NCBI GenBank assembly: GCA_965227775.1
Contig: OZ245777.1
Coordinates: 448,001-512,000 of the forward strand
Source: Phycisphaerales bacterium
GTDB taxonomy: Bacteria; Planctomycetota; Phycisphaerae; Phycisphaerales; UBA1924
Direction of reading: 5' to 3'
Length of the DNA: 64,000 nt
Shown here in pieces: positions 51,208-64,000 of this stretch. The position numbers and the translations under genes are program-made. Each line of letters opens with the position of its first letter. Position 1 is the first letter of the stretch. The notes below the pieces were generated by a model. That model saw only the letters and a list, made by a program, of their open reading frames with translations. It did no database searches and was not told the origin of the DNA.

Positions 51208-52059
51208 TCAGCGGCGGCGACGCATGCCGGCGAAGCCAGCTGCTCCAGCGAAGGCCAGCAGCGACGCGGGCGCCGGGACGACGTAGATGTTGTCCCAGCC
51301 CATGATGTTGCCGTCGCTACCACCCACGAAGAAGCGGAAGTCGTCGGGCAGGGCGAGGGCCGAGCTGGCACCACCGGTCATGAACCAGCCATCAGGGTTG
51401 GCCGTGCTCGACATACCAGTCGTCAGGTCGAGAATGGTGACCGACAGGATGCGGTTGCTCGTGAAGTCGATATCGATGATCTGGCGGTACCAGTGGTTGG
51501 TGTCCAGATTCTCCCACGCGGCGCCGGGCGACAGGTTGTTGGTCGCAACGCCGGCAGCGTCGAACACGTTGAACTCGGCCTTGAAGCCGGCCGACGGGTT
51601 CGTCAGGTCAATAAAGTTGTTCAGGGCGATGAATGACTTGAAGCTACCGGCCGCGGCGCCGTCGCTCTGCAGCGAGAAGCTCGACAAATTGAGGGCCGAG
51701 TCGCCCGCACCATCGAAGTTAGCCGCCATGTCGTACGCGATCGTGTACGAACCACCGCCGAAGTCGAAGCCCTTCTGGGCCCGGGCAAACTGCGGCGTGC
51801 CGCTGCTGCGACCACCAATGAACTGGTTGCCGCCCACGGGGTTCTGGGACAATCCAAGCGTGTTGCCCGAGTAGGTGTACAGGCCGTGCTCGATGCCCGA
51901 GGCGACGGGCTGGTACCAGCCTTCCACGCCAACGAACGAAGAGCCGGCCGCCGACCCGACGAAGTTGGGCTGCTCGAAGCCACTGATCAGCTGGGCATTG
52001 GCGACACCCGCGGCCGAAAGGCTCAACGCCACAAAAGCGACCTTGGTATTCACGTGCAT
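51208..52059 (-). CDS. Secreted PEP-CTERM-type protein
   Basis: GGAGGAG RBS; signal peptide ending VANA; C-terminal VPAPASLLAFAGAAGFAGMRRRR. Confidence 0.88.
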   Translation of the reverse strand: MHVNTKVAFVALSLSAAGVANAQLISGFEQPNFVGSAAGSSFVGVEGWYQPVASGIEHGLYTYSGNTLGLSQNPVGGNQFIGGRSSGTPQFARAQKGFDFGGGSYTIAYDMAANFDGAGDSALNLSSFSLQSDGAAAGSFKSFIALNNFIDLTNPSAGFKAEFNVFDAAGVATNNLSPGAAWENLDTNHWYRQIIDIDFTSNRILSVTILDLTTGMSSTANPDGWFMTGGASSALALPDDFRFFVGGSDGNIMGWDNIYVVPAPASLLAFAGAAGFAGMRRRR

Positions 52060-52341
52060 GTCTCGCTCCTCCACAAGCAAGCAGCCTCGAGCACTCCTCC
52101 TAAAAAGTGCCCGCGCCAACATGATCATGACAGGACCGAAGAGAAAAAGCAAGATTATCTCGATCGGTTTTCTTGCCAATCCTTATGTTTGGTTCTTTTT
52201 CGATCTCCCAATCTTACATCGAGCATCGCCAAGAATCCTAAAATACCCATATTCACACAAACTGTCCGGCTTGGTTCCAGTTTTTGGACTACGCACTACC
52301 GCCCAACTGGTGCATCCCTGGAGCCGATGGATCCCAATATG

Positions 52342-52374
52342 AAAAACCCCCGGGCCTGGTGGCGGGCCCGGGGG
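52342..52374 (-). terminator. Intrinsic terminator of dcd-nrdJ
   Basis: Minus strand CCCCCGGGCC-N8-GGCCCGGGGG-TTTTT. Confidence 0.85.
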
Positions 52375-52501
52375 CGGGTGGCGATCATCGGGACCGGGTG
52401 GTGGCGAACCCGCCGTTGAGAAGGGGCGGGCGTGATCCCGACGATCTTTGGGAGAGAAGGAGGTCTTCAGACCGACACGCTCGCGCCCCGGTCGTTGGCG
52501 A

Positions 52502-55500
52502 TCAGCTGCACCCCATGCTGTTGCCGCAGTTCAGGCACTTGTAGCACGTGCCGTTGCGGACAGTGATCGTGCCGCACACGTCGCAAGCGGGCGCGTCGGC
52601 CATGCTCTCGAGCATCGAAGACAGCTGCGCCGCCTCACCCGTCTTGGTCTGCCCCTGCGTCTGGCTCGACGCTTCAGCAACCGGTTGGCGACCGGTGACC
52701 ACAACCTCGGCCGCGCGAGAAACCTTGGCCGTGCCCGTCGCCGCTTCAGCACGCTCCAGGCTTGCCTCTTGCGTCGCGCGGGCGGCGATCTCGACACGCC
52801 CACCGGACCCCTCCGTGGGTCCGGCGAGCGAACGAATGCGGTCACCCGTCCCTGAGTTCGTGTCGCCCTTCGATGACTCGCCCGAGCCACCACGCTTGGG
52901 CGTGTTTGCCTCGCGGTAGCCCGGGATGAATTGGATGCCAAGCCAGCGGAAGATGTAATCCACGAGGCTCTTGGCCAGCGGGATGTCGCGGTTGGTCGTC
53001 ATGCCCGCTGGCTCGAAGCGCTGGTGCGTGAACTTGCGCACCAGGCTCTCCAGCGGCACGCCGTACTGCAGCGACACGCTGACCGCCGTACCCAGGCTGT
53101 CCATCAGGCCACCAATGGTCGAACCTTCCTTGGCCATGGTGATGAACAACTCGCCCGGCATGCCGTCCTCATACAGGCCCACCGTCAGGTAGCCCTCGTG
53201 GCCAGCAATGTTGAACTTGTGCGTGATCGAACCGCGCGTGTCGGGCAGGCGTCGGCGCATCGGCCGGTGAACAATGCGCTCGACGGTCTTCACCGTTGCC
53301 GCCTCGTCGGCCTTGCTGGCCTGCTCGGCAGCGACCACGGTGAGTTCCTCGACTTCTTCGAGCGCTTCGGCCTCACCCTGCTCGTCGATGTCGGCGTCGT
53401 CTTCGAGATCCACCGCGACGAGCACGGGCTCTTCGGCCTTCTTCTCGTCGGCCTCGCCGGCTTCCTCATCCTTCGCGTCGCTCTTGGTGCTCAGCGGCTG
53501 GCTCAGCTTGCAACCATCGCGGTAGAGCGCGTTGGCCTTCAGCCCCAGCTCCCAGCTCAGGCGGTAGCAATCCTTGATGTCGTTGACGCTCGCGTCGTTG
53601 GGCAGGTTGATCGTCTTGCTGATCGCACCACTGATGAACGGCTGGGCCGCCGCCATCATGCGGATGTGGCCCTGCGGCTCGATGTACCGCGTGCTCAGGG
53701 GGCCACAGGTGTTTGCGCAATCGAACACCGACAGGTGCTCGTCCTTCAAGTGCGGAGCACCCTCGAGCGTCTGCGTGCCGCACACCAACAGGTTCAGCTT
53801 GCCCACCTGCTCGCGCGACAGCCCGAGCGCCCGCAGCAGGTTGAACGATGGATCCGCCTTGGCCTCGGCAGCATCGACACCCGCACGCTCGAGCGTCTCG
53901 TCGCCCAACGCCCACGCGCTGAAGGCAAACCCAAGCTCGAACACGCCCGGCAATGCGTCGGTGATGGTCTTGAGGTCCTGCTCGGTCAGCCCCTTGCTGC
54001 GCAGCCACTGCGCAAGCGTCTGGCCGACCTGCGCGCCCGGGACGCCCTCGGGTAACTCCACCTCGAGGTGCAGCGTGCCCAGCAGGTACCGCAGCATGTC
54101 CTGCCGCTGGCTCTCCTCGTAGCCCATGGCTTCGAGCGCGGGCTTCACGCTCGCGTTGGCGATCTTGAAGTACCCGCCGCCGGCCAGCTTCTTGAACTTC
54201 ACCAGCGCGAAATCCGGCTCCACGCCCGTCGTGTCGCAGTCCATGAGCAGGCCGATGGTGCCCGTCGGCGCGATCACCGTGGTCTGGGCGTTGCGGTAGC
54301 CGTGCTTCTCGCCCAGCTGGATGGCCTGGTCCCACGCCATCTTCGCGCGATCGAGCAGCTCGGGCGTGTTCGCCACGGGAATCTCGCCGCTACGGCAGCG
54401 CGACTGATCGATCGGCACCGGACGCGTCTTGGCGTTCAGGCCCTCCCACTCGGCCGCACCGCGCTTCACCCCATGCGCGGCGCGCCGGTGGTTGCGCACG
54501 ACCTTCAGCATGTTCTCGCTGTCGGCCTTGTACCCGGCGAACGGCCCGAGCTCCTTGGCCATCTTCGCAGACATGCGGTACGAGCCACCGGTCAGGATCG
54601 CCGTCAGGCAACCGCAGATCGCGCGCCCATCCTCGCTGTCATACGGAATGCCCGCCTGCATGAGCATGGCGCCCAGGTTGGCGTAGCCCAGCCCCAGCGT
54701 GCGGTACTTCCAGCTCAGCTCGGCGACTTCCTTGCTCGGGTAGGCCGCCATCAGCACGCTGATTTCGAGCACCATCGTCCACACGTCGATGGCGTGCTCG
54801 TACGCACGCACGTCGAAGTGCCGCGTGGGCGCGTCGTAGAACTTCATGAGGTTCAAGGACGCCAGGTTGCACGCCGTGTTGTCCAGGAACATGTACTCGC
54901 TGCACGGGTTGCTCGCGTTGATGCGGCCACCCTCGGGGCACGTGTGCCACGCGTTGATCGTGCTGTCGAACTGCACGCCCGGGTCGGCGCATCGCCAGGC
55001 GGCGTACGCGATGTCGTCCCACAGCTTCCGCGCGTCGACCGTCCGCGCCACACCCTCGGCCGTACGCCAACGCGTCTCCCACACGCTGCCCGCGTCGACC
55101 GACTCAAAGAACTTGTCGGGCACGCGCACCGAGTTGTTGCTGTTCTGCCCGCTGACGCTGGCGTAGGCCTCGCCGTTGAAATCGAAGTCCAGCTTCAAAC
55201 CCAGCCGCTCGGCGGTCTCGCCCACGGTCTCGGGGTCGTGCATGCTGGCGCGCTCGCCGGCAATCTTCTGCAGGCCCTCGACCATCGCCGCCACCTTGAT
55301 CTCCTCGCGAACCTTCCAGTTCACGAAGCTCTCGATGTCGGGGTGGTCCATATCCAGGCACACCATCTTGGCAGCACGCCGCGTCGTCCCACCGCTCTTG
55401 ATGGCGCTCGCGGCGCGATCGCCGATCTTCAGCCAGCTCATGAGCCCGCTGCTCTTACCGCCGCCGCTCAGGGGCTCGCCCTCGCCGCGCAGCTTGCTGA

Positions 55501-56215
55501 AGTTGGTGCCCGTGCCGCTGCCATACTTGAACAGACGCGCCTCACGAACCCACAAGTCCATGATGCCGCCATCGTTCACCAGGTCGTCGCTCACGCTCTG
55601 GATGAAGCACGCGTGCGGCTGCGGGTGCGCGTACGCGCCCTCGGCCAGCTTCACCTCACCCGTCTTGGGGTCGGGCACCCAGTGGCCCTGGGCCGGCCCG
55701 TCGATGCCGTACGCCCAGTTCAGCCCGGTGTTGAACCACTGCGGGCTGTTGGGCGCCGCCATCTGGTGGATGAGCATGTACACCAGCTCGTCGTAGAACG
55801 CCTGCGCATCCTCGGAGCTGTCGAAGTACTTGTGCTGCTCGCCCCAGTGGCGCCAGCACCCGGCCAAGCGGTGCGCGAGCTGGCGCACGCTGCGCTCCGG
55901 CCCGGTCACGACGTTGCCATCGGCGTCCTTCTGCACGCCGGAGGGGAGGCCATCCTTGGCCCGCTTGGCGGCGGCCTGCCACCCCCCGGCGATGATCGAA
56001 CCGGCCTTCTCCATCTGCGGCACGCCCGCCTTGCGGAAGTACTTGCTCACGGCGATATCCGTCGCAAGCTGGCTCCACGTCGCCGGCACCTCGGCGTCGT
56101 TCATCTCGAAGACGATGGACCCGTCGGGGTTGCTGATCTTGCTCGACCGCGTCGTCCACTTGACGGTGTCGAAAGGATCCTGTCCGGCCTTGGTGAATTT
56201 GCGGGTAATCTTCAT
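52502..56215 (-). CDS. nrdJ: Class II (adenosylcobalamin-dependent) ribonucleotide reductase
   Basis: 'PNSPQWFN', 'ACFI', 'SGGTTRRAAKM', 'SNPCSEY', 'IAPTGTI', 'ISKTIN', C-terminal TSCPD-like domain and CxxC...CxxC. No intein seen. Confidence 0.96.
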   Translation of the reverse strand: MKITRKFTKAGQDPFDTVKWTTRSSKISNPDGSIVFEMNDAEVPATWSQLATDIAVSKYFRKAGVPQMEKAGSIIAGGWQAAAKRAKDGLPSGVQKDADGNVVTGPERSVRQLAHRLAGCWRHWGEQHKYFDSSEDAQAFYDELVYMLIHQMAAPNSPQWFNTGLNWAYGIDGPAQGHWVPDPKTGEVKLAEGAYAHPQPHACFIQSVSDDLVNDGGIMDLWVREARLFKYGSGTGTNFSKLRGEGEPLSGGGKSSGLMSWLKIGDRAASAIKSGGTTRRAAKMVCLDMDHPDIESFVNWKVREEIKVAAMVEGLQKIAGERASMHDPETVGETAERLGLKLDFDFNGEAYASVSGQNSNNSVRVPDKFFESVDAGSVWETRWRTAEGVARTVDARKLWDDIAYAAWRCADPGVQFDSTINAWHTCPEGGRINASNPCSEYMFLDNTACNLASLNLMKFYDAPTRHFDVRAYEHAIDVWTMVLEISVLMAAYPSKEVAELSWKYRTLGLGYANLGAMLMQAGIPYDSEDGRAICGCLTAILTGGSYRMSAKMAKELGPFAGYKADSENMLKVVRNHRRAAHGVKRGAAEWEGLNAKTRPVPIDQSRCRSGEIPVANTPELLDRAKMAWDQAIQLGEKHGYRNAQTTVIAPTGTIGLLMDCDTTGVEPDFALVKFKKLAGGGYFKIANASVKPALEAMGYEESQRQDMLRYLLGTLHLEVELPEGVPGAQVGQTLAQWLRSKGLTEQDLKTITDALPGVFELGFAFSAWALGDETLERAGVDAAEAKADPSFNLLRALGLSREQVGKLNLLVCGTQTLEGAPHLKDEHLSVFDCANTCGPLSTRYIEPQGHIRMMAAAQPFISGAISKTINLPNDASVNDIKDCYRLSWELGLKANALYRDGCKLSQPLSTKSDAKDEEAGEADEKKAEEPVLVAVDLEDDADIDEQGEAEALEEVEELTVVAAEQASKADEAATVKTVERIVHRPMRRRLPDTRGSITHKFNIAGHEGYLTVGLYEDGMPGELFITMAKEGSTIGGLMDSLGTAVSVSLQYGVPLESLVRKFTHQRFEPAGMTTNRDIPLAKSLVDYIFRWLGIQFIPGYREANTPKRGGSGESSKGDTNSGTGDRIRSLAGPTEGSGGRVEIAARATQEASLERAEAATGTAKVSRAAEVVVTGRQPVAEASSQTQGQTKTGEAAQLSSMLESMADAPACDVCGTITVRNGTCYKCLNCGNSMGCS

Positions 56216-56331
56216 CGCGTACAAACCTTCGCGTTATCTCGATGCGTGATGGAATGCTCGTTCTCGGCTCGTCCTTGACCCGAGACTTCGTTGCCGAATC
56301 CGTCTGCTGATTCTCCCCCAAGCGAACGTTG

Positions 56332-56904
56332 CTAATCGACCTTCGGCAACGTCAACCCACTCTGATCCTGATACTTCCCGGCCTTATCCGCATAGCTCGT
56401 GGCGCACACCTGGTCGGCCTTCAGGAACACGAGCTGCGCGATGCCTTCGTTCGCGTACACGCGCGCCGGGAGCGGCGTGGTGTTGCTGATCTCCAGCGTG
56501 ATCTTGCCGCGCCACTCGGGCTCGAGCGGCGTGACGTTCACGATCAGGCCGCAGCGCGCATACGTGCTCTTGCCAACACAGATCACCAGGCAGTCGCGCG
56601 GGATCTCGAAGAACTCGACCGTCTCGCACAGCGCAAAGCTGTTGGGCGGGATGATGACGTGGTCGGTGTCGTGGTGGTCACAGTTCACCTCGACGAACAG
56701 GTCGTCGGTGAAGTTCTTGGGGTCCACCACGGTGATGCCGCCGCTGCGGGGCGTGGGCGTGAAGATCTTGAAGGTCGGGCCCACGCGGACGTCGTAGCCG
56801 TAGCTCGAAACACCGTACGAAATCTTACCAGGGCGTCGCTCGCCGCGTTCGAACGGCTCGATGCGCACTAGTTCCCTGATCTGTTCGTCGCACAGCACGG
56901 GCAT
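56332..56904 (-). CDS. dcd: dCTP deaminase
   Basis: '[10 protein letters not shown]', 'GKSTYARCG', 'TPLEPEWRG', 'YANEGIAQ', 'GKYQ'. Confidence 0.96.
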   Translation of the reverse strand: MPVLCDEQIRELVRIEPFERGERRPGKISYGVSSYGYDVRVGPTFKIFTPTPRSGGITVVDPKNFTDDLFVEVNCDHHDTDHVIIPPNSFALCETVEFFEIPRDCLVICVGKSTYARCGLIVNVTPLEPEWRGKITLEISNTTPLPARVYANEGIAQLVFLKADQVCATSYADKAGKYQDQSGLTLPKVD

Positions 56905-56982
56905 CTCGGATCCTTCCGTTTTGGGTCCCCACCGGCGCCCAGCCCACCCAGCCAGACGCGAATATCGGTGCCACCACTCTAC

Positions 56983-57173
56983 CCACTACAATCTGTGGAC
57001 GCAAGACTTTTTGACCACAAGATGGAGTATGGACAACCTGTCGGTCTGCCCATCTCGCAGCTAAATCATGCCATCAAACGCACTTGCGCGCCCTTCATAC
57101 AACCAACCGACAGCACAAGCGCCAATATTCAACAGCTTGTGGTTCTGGTAAACGCGTATACATCATGCTGTGT
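56983..57173 (-). promoter_or_regulatory. Four NrdR-like boxes (two tandem pairs) upstream of dcd-nrdJ
   Basis: CCACTACAATCTGTGG (56983), CCACAAGATGGAGTAT (57015), ATTCAACAGCTTGTGG (57127), ATACATCATGCTGTGT (57158); pair spacings 32 and 31 bp. Confidence 0.7.
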
Positions 57174-57356
57174 CTAACGTGAAATTCACCCAGCTTTCGC
57201 GGATTGCGAGCAACCGAGCCCCTGGCCGCCAGCTAAATCCGGCCGCAATCCGAACAAACACAGCCTATCCTTGTATGCCGCTGCAAGCCAGGTGCAGCAA
57301 TCCCCCATGGCGCTCGTAGAGTCTGGGCCCAGCCCGTGAACGCCGGAGATCGCCGC

Positions 57357-59369
57357 ATGTCCAGAAGCACGCCCTCGACCCGCCTTGCCAGCCCCCTGAC
57401 CGCGCTGGCGCTGCTCGGGATCGCGCTGGCGTCGGTCACCGGCTGCAAGAGCAGCGGCCGCGTGGTGAATCCCGGCGGCGGCGTGGTCGTGCCGTTCGAC
57501 GGCCCCAGCGTGCTCCGCGGCACCGTCGGCGCATCGGCCACGCTCATCGGCGTCGAGCCCACGCTCGTCTCGGGCCTGGGCATCGTCGTGGGCACCAAAG
57601 GCCAGGGCGGCCCGCTGCCCCAGGCCGTCGAGGCCACCGTCATCCGCCAGCTCTCGCTGCGCGAGGGCGCCCGCGGCATGGACATGTTCGAGGGCACTCC
57701 ATTCGAAGGCGAGAGCCCCGAGAGCTTCCTCCGCCGGCCCGACGTCACCGTCGTCGCCGTGCTCGGCCTCGTCGCACCCGGCGCACCGCAGGGCTCGACG
57801 TTCGACGTGCTCGTCTACGCCCTGAACAACGAAGAGCTCACCGGCGGCAGCCTGTGGCAGACCGACCTGCGCCTCGGGCGCCCCTCCGTACAGGGTGGCC
57901 CAACGACGAGGCTCGTGGGCTTCGCCCAAGGGCCGGTGTACGTGAACCCCTTCGCCGCGGGGCCGCGCTCGAACCCGACCCAGGGCCGGGTCATCGGCGG
58001 CGGCACCATGACCAACCCGCTGGAACTCGCAATCCGCCTCAACGTGCCCAGCCCTCGACGCACGCGGGCGATCGCCTCGCTCATCAATAGCCGCTTCGGT
58101 AACAGCCCGGTCGATCGTGGTGACATCGCCAGCGGCCGCCTCACGGGCCAGTCCGACGCGACCGCCTCGCTCGTCACCGTCAGCATCCCTTGGAGCTACA
58201 AGGACAAGCCCGAGGAGTTCCTGCGGCTGGTCGCGCACATCAACCCCGACGCCCAGGGCCGCGAGGAGCGGTACGTCGGCCGATACGTGCGGGCCCTGCA
58301 GGAAGAACCCGGTTCAGCCGACCGCCTCGCCTGGGCGCTCGAGGCCCTAGGCCCGGTGTCGGTACGCGGCTCGACCTCGGTCTCGACCCTGTACGACTGG
58401 CCCGAGATCGCGCCGCGCATGGCCGCACTGCGCGTGGGAGCCAAACTCGGAGACCCCAACGCCGAACGCCCGCTCATCGCTATCGCACGCGGCGACAACG
58501 AAGCGTTGCAGATCGAGGCCTTGCGGCTGCTGGGAGAACTCGGCACGGGGGCGATGATCGACGCCACACTGCAAGACCTGGCCGCCGCGCCGAGCGTGTC
58601 GGTGCGGGTCGCCGCGTATGAGGCGATGGCCCGGCGCGCCGGCATGCGAGAACTCCAGAGCTGGCTCGAACGCACCAGCGTGCCGGCGGGCGTCGACCCG
58701 GTGGGTGTCCTGCGAGAGTGGAGCGACTACGCCCGGACGAATTTCCGCGGCAGCCTCGCCCAGGGCCTCCGCCGAGACGTCATGCCGGGCGGGTTCGTGG
58801 TTGATCGGGTGCCGATCGGCGAGCCGCTCATCTTCCTGCGACAGCAGGGCCAGGCCGGGCTCGTGCTCTTTGGCCCGGAATTGCAGATCGAGCCCGGTGC
58901 GGTGCTGCGGATCAGCGATGACCTCATTTTGGCGCGGCCCAACGTGGGCGAGTCGGACTACGACCCAGAGGGCTTCGACGTACGCGTGCGATATCGCCAC
59001 ATGCCAGCCGATTGGCTGGTGACCGTGCCCGATGCCCCCGCGACGCTGCACGAGTTCATCGAGTTTCTGGCGACAAAGCCCACCGTCGAGCACCCGATGG
59101 GCGGGCTGGGCATGAGCTTCGGCAACATCGTGTCGGTGGTCTCGAAGCTGCAAGAGGTCGGTGCCGTCAAGGCCCAGTGGCAGGTCGAGCGGAACATCCT
59201 CCGCGAGAACGTCGACCGCTCGACACGCGGCGCCATCGCCGACCGTCCAGAACTCGAGGGCGACGCGCCGGGCGACGGCGACCCGCTGCAGCGGTTCATC
59301 CAACGGTCCATCCGCGGAGAGACGACGGGCGAAACGGCGGACGATTCGCCCGCCGAGAGCGAGGGCTGA
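57357..59369 (+). CDS. FlgI (P-ring)-like lipoprotein with HEAT-like repeats, non-flagellar context
   Basis: Lipobox SVTGC; FlgI-like 'VSGLGIVVG..GQGG', 'FDVLV', 'LTGGSLWQTDL'; HEAT-like 'IEALRLLGELG', 'VRVAAYEAM'. Confidence 0.7.
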   Translation: MSRSTPSTRLASPLTALALLGIALASVTGCKSSGRVVNPGGGVVVPFDGPSVLRGTVGASATLIGVEPTLVSGLGIVVGTKGQGGPLPQAVEATVIRQLSLREGARGMDMFEGTPFEGESPESFLRRPDVTVVAVLGLVAPGAPQGSTFDVLVYALNNEELTGGSLWQTDLRLGRPSVQGGPTTRLVGFAQGPVYVNPFAAGPRSNPTQGRVIGGGTMTNPLELAIRLNVPSPRRTRAIASLINSRFGNSPVDRGDIASGRLTGQSDATASLVTVSIPWSYKDKPEEFLRLVAHINPDAQGREERYVGRYVRALQEEPGSADRLAWALEALGPVSVRGSTSVSTLYDWPEIAPRMAALRVGAKLGDPNAERPLIAIARGDNEALQIEALRLLGELGTGAMIDATLQDLAAAPSVSVRVAAYEAMARRAGMRELQSWLERTSVPAGVDPVGVLREWSDYARTNFRGSLAQGLRRDVMPGGFVVDRVPIGEPLIFLRQQGQAGLVLFGPELQIEPGAVLRISDDLILARPNVGESDYDPEGFDVRVRYRHMPADWLVTVPDAPATLHEFIEFLATKPTVEHPMGGLGMSFGNIVSVVSKLQEVGAVKAQWQVERNILRENVDRSTRGAIADRPELEGDAPGDGDPLQRFIQRSIRGETTGETADDSPAESEG

Positions 59370-59504
59370 TAACCCTCCGCCGAGGCTCCAAAAGGGGTCG
59401 AAGAATCCCACGTCTCTGATGGTCAGGGGCCGATACTGTGGGCTCGGGCGGCAGGATGCCGGCCCGGTCCGCGGTGACGCGGGCCAATGGCGACAGGAGG
59501 TCTG

Positions 59505-63508
<4,004 letters not shown>

Positions 63509-63512
<4 letters not shown>

Positions 63513-64000
63513 TCGAGGCGTTTCAGAACGCGAAGCTGGCGCTCGAGGCGTTCCTTGCCGACGGGCAGAATTTCACGACGCTCGACCTGGCGGCGGACAT
63601 GCTTGCTGAGTCGCTGGCCGAGGGTGGCAAGGTACTGGCCTGTGGCAATGGTGGATCGGCGTGCGACGCGATGCACTTCTGCGAGGAACTGACCGGCAGG
63701 TTCCGCAAGGATCGCCCGCCGCTGGCGGCCGTGAGCCTGACGGACGCCGGGCATATTACGTGCGTGGCGAATGACTATGGGTACGACGAGGTTTTTGCGC
63801 GAGGCGTGCGGGCGCTGGGGCGCACCGGCGATGTGCTCGTCGCGCTCAGCACGAGTGGCAATTCGGCGAACGTGATCCGTGCCGTTGACGCGGCTCGCGA
63901 CATCGGCATGCGGACGATCGCACTGCTTGGGCGCGATGGTGGGAAGCTCGCTGGCGTCTGCGACCTGGAGTGGATCGTGCCGGGCGTGCCGGTGGCGGCG
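63509..64000 (+). CDS. gmhA: Phosphoheptose isomerase (SIS domain); 3' end runs off the window
   Basis: GTGA overlap with smc; my translation gives 'CGNGGSACDAMHFCEELTGRF', 'ANDYGYDEVFARG', 'LSTSGNSANV', 'LLGRDGG'. Confidence 0.92.

Noticed and set aside
52130..52290. AT-rich patch as possible foreign DNA or origin
   Set aside because: Short, directly upstream of the PEP-CTERM gene and best explained as its promoter region; no DnaA-box cluster seen.
52502..56331. Intein or intron in nrdJ, or cobalamin riboswitch before it
   Set aside because: Catalytic motifs are contiguous and the extra length is low-complexity linker; no B12-box seen in the 116-bp dcd-nrdJ gap.

Overview
High-GC bacterial chromosomal window, most likely from a planctomycete of the Phycisphaerae lineage. 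This is inferred from VPxP-type PEP-CTERM tails, an ECF sigma/Ser-Thr kinase pair, a non-flagellar FlgI-like lipoprotein and a CxxCGYDL zinc-ribbon membrane protein. It holds about 51 CDS and two tRNAs (Leu-GAG, Val-CAC). I saw no integrase, transposase or CRISPR array. Housekeeping genes include rpoZ, coaC, bcp, folP, trxA, an S1-domain protein, dut, gcvP, phoU, nrdJ, dcd, smc and gmhA. The best candidate for an undescribed system is at 1-12.5 kb. There, an apparent operon encodes three SPFH (HflK/HflC-like) proteins, one fused to a polytopic membrane domain, followed by an ABC ATPase, an ABC-2-type permease and a large helical membrane-anchored protein. A second permease and two tandem paralogous small single-pass membrane proteins lie divergently, and there is no ftsH in the window. 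Other notable items: four NrdR-like boxes (two pairs) upstream of dcd-nrdJ, a degenerate orphan CheR, a probable CTG start for folP, a secreted protein with 12 DxxGxDxY repeats, an SMC with a degenerate hinge motif and an acidic head insertion, and structured 3' regions. All product calls come from reading motifs by eye; no database searches were run.
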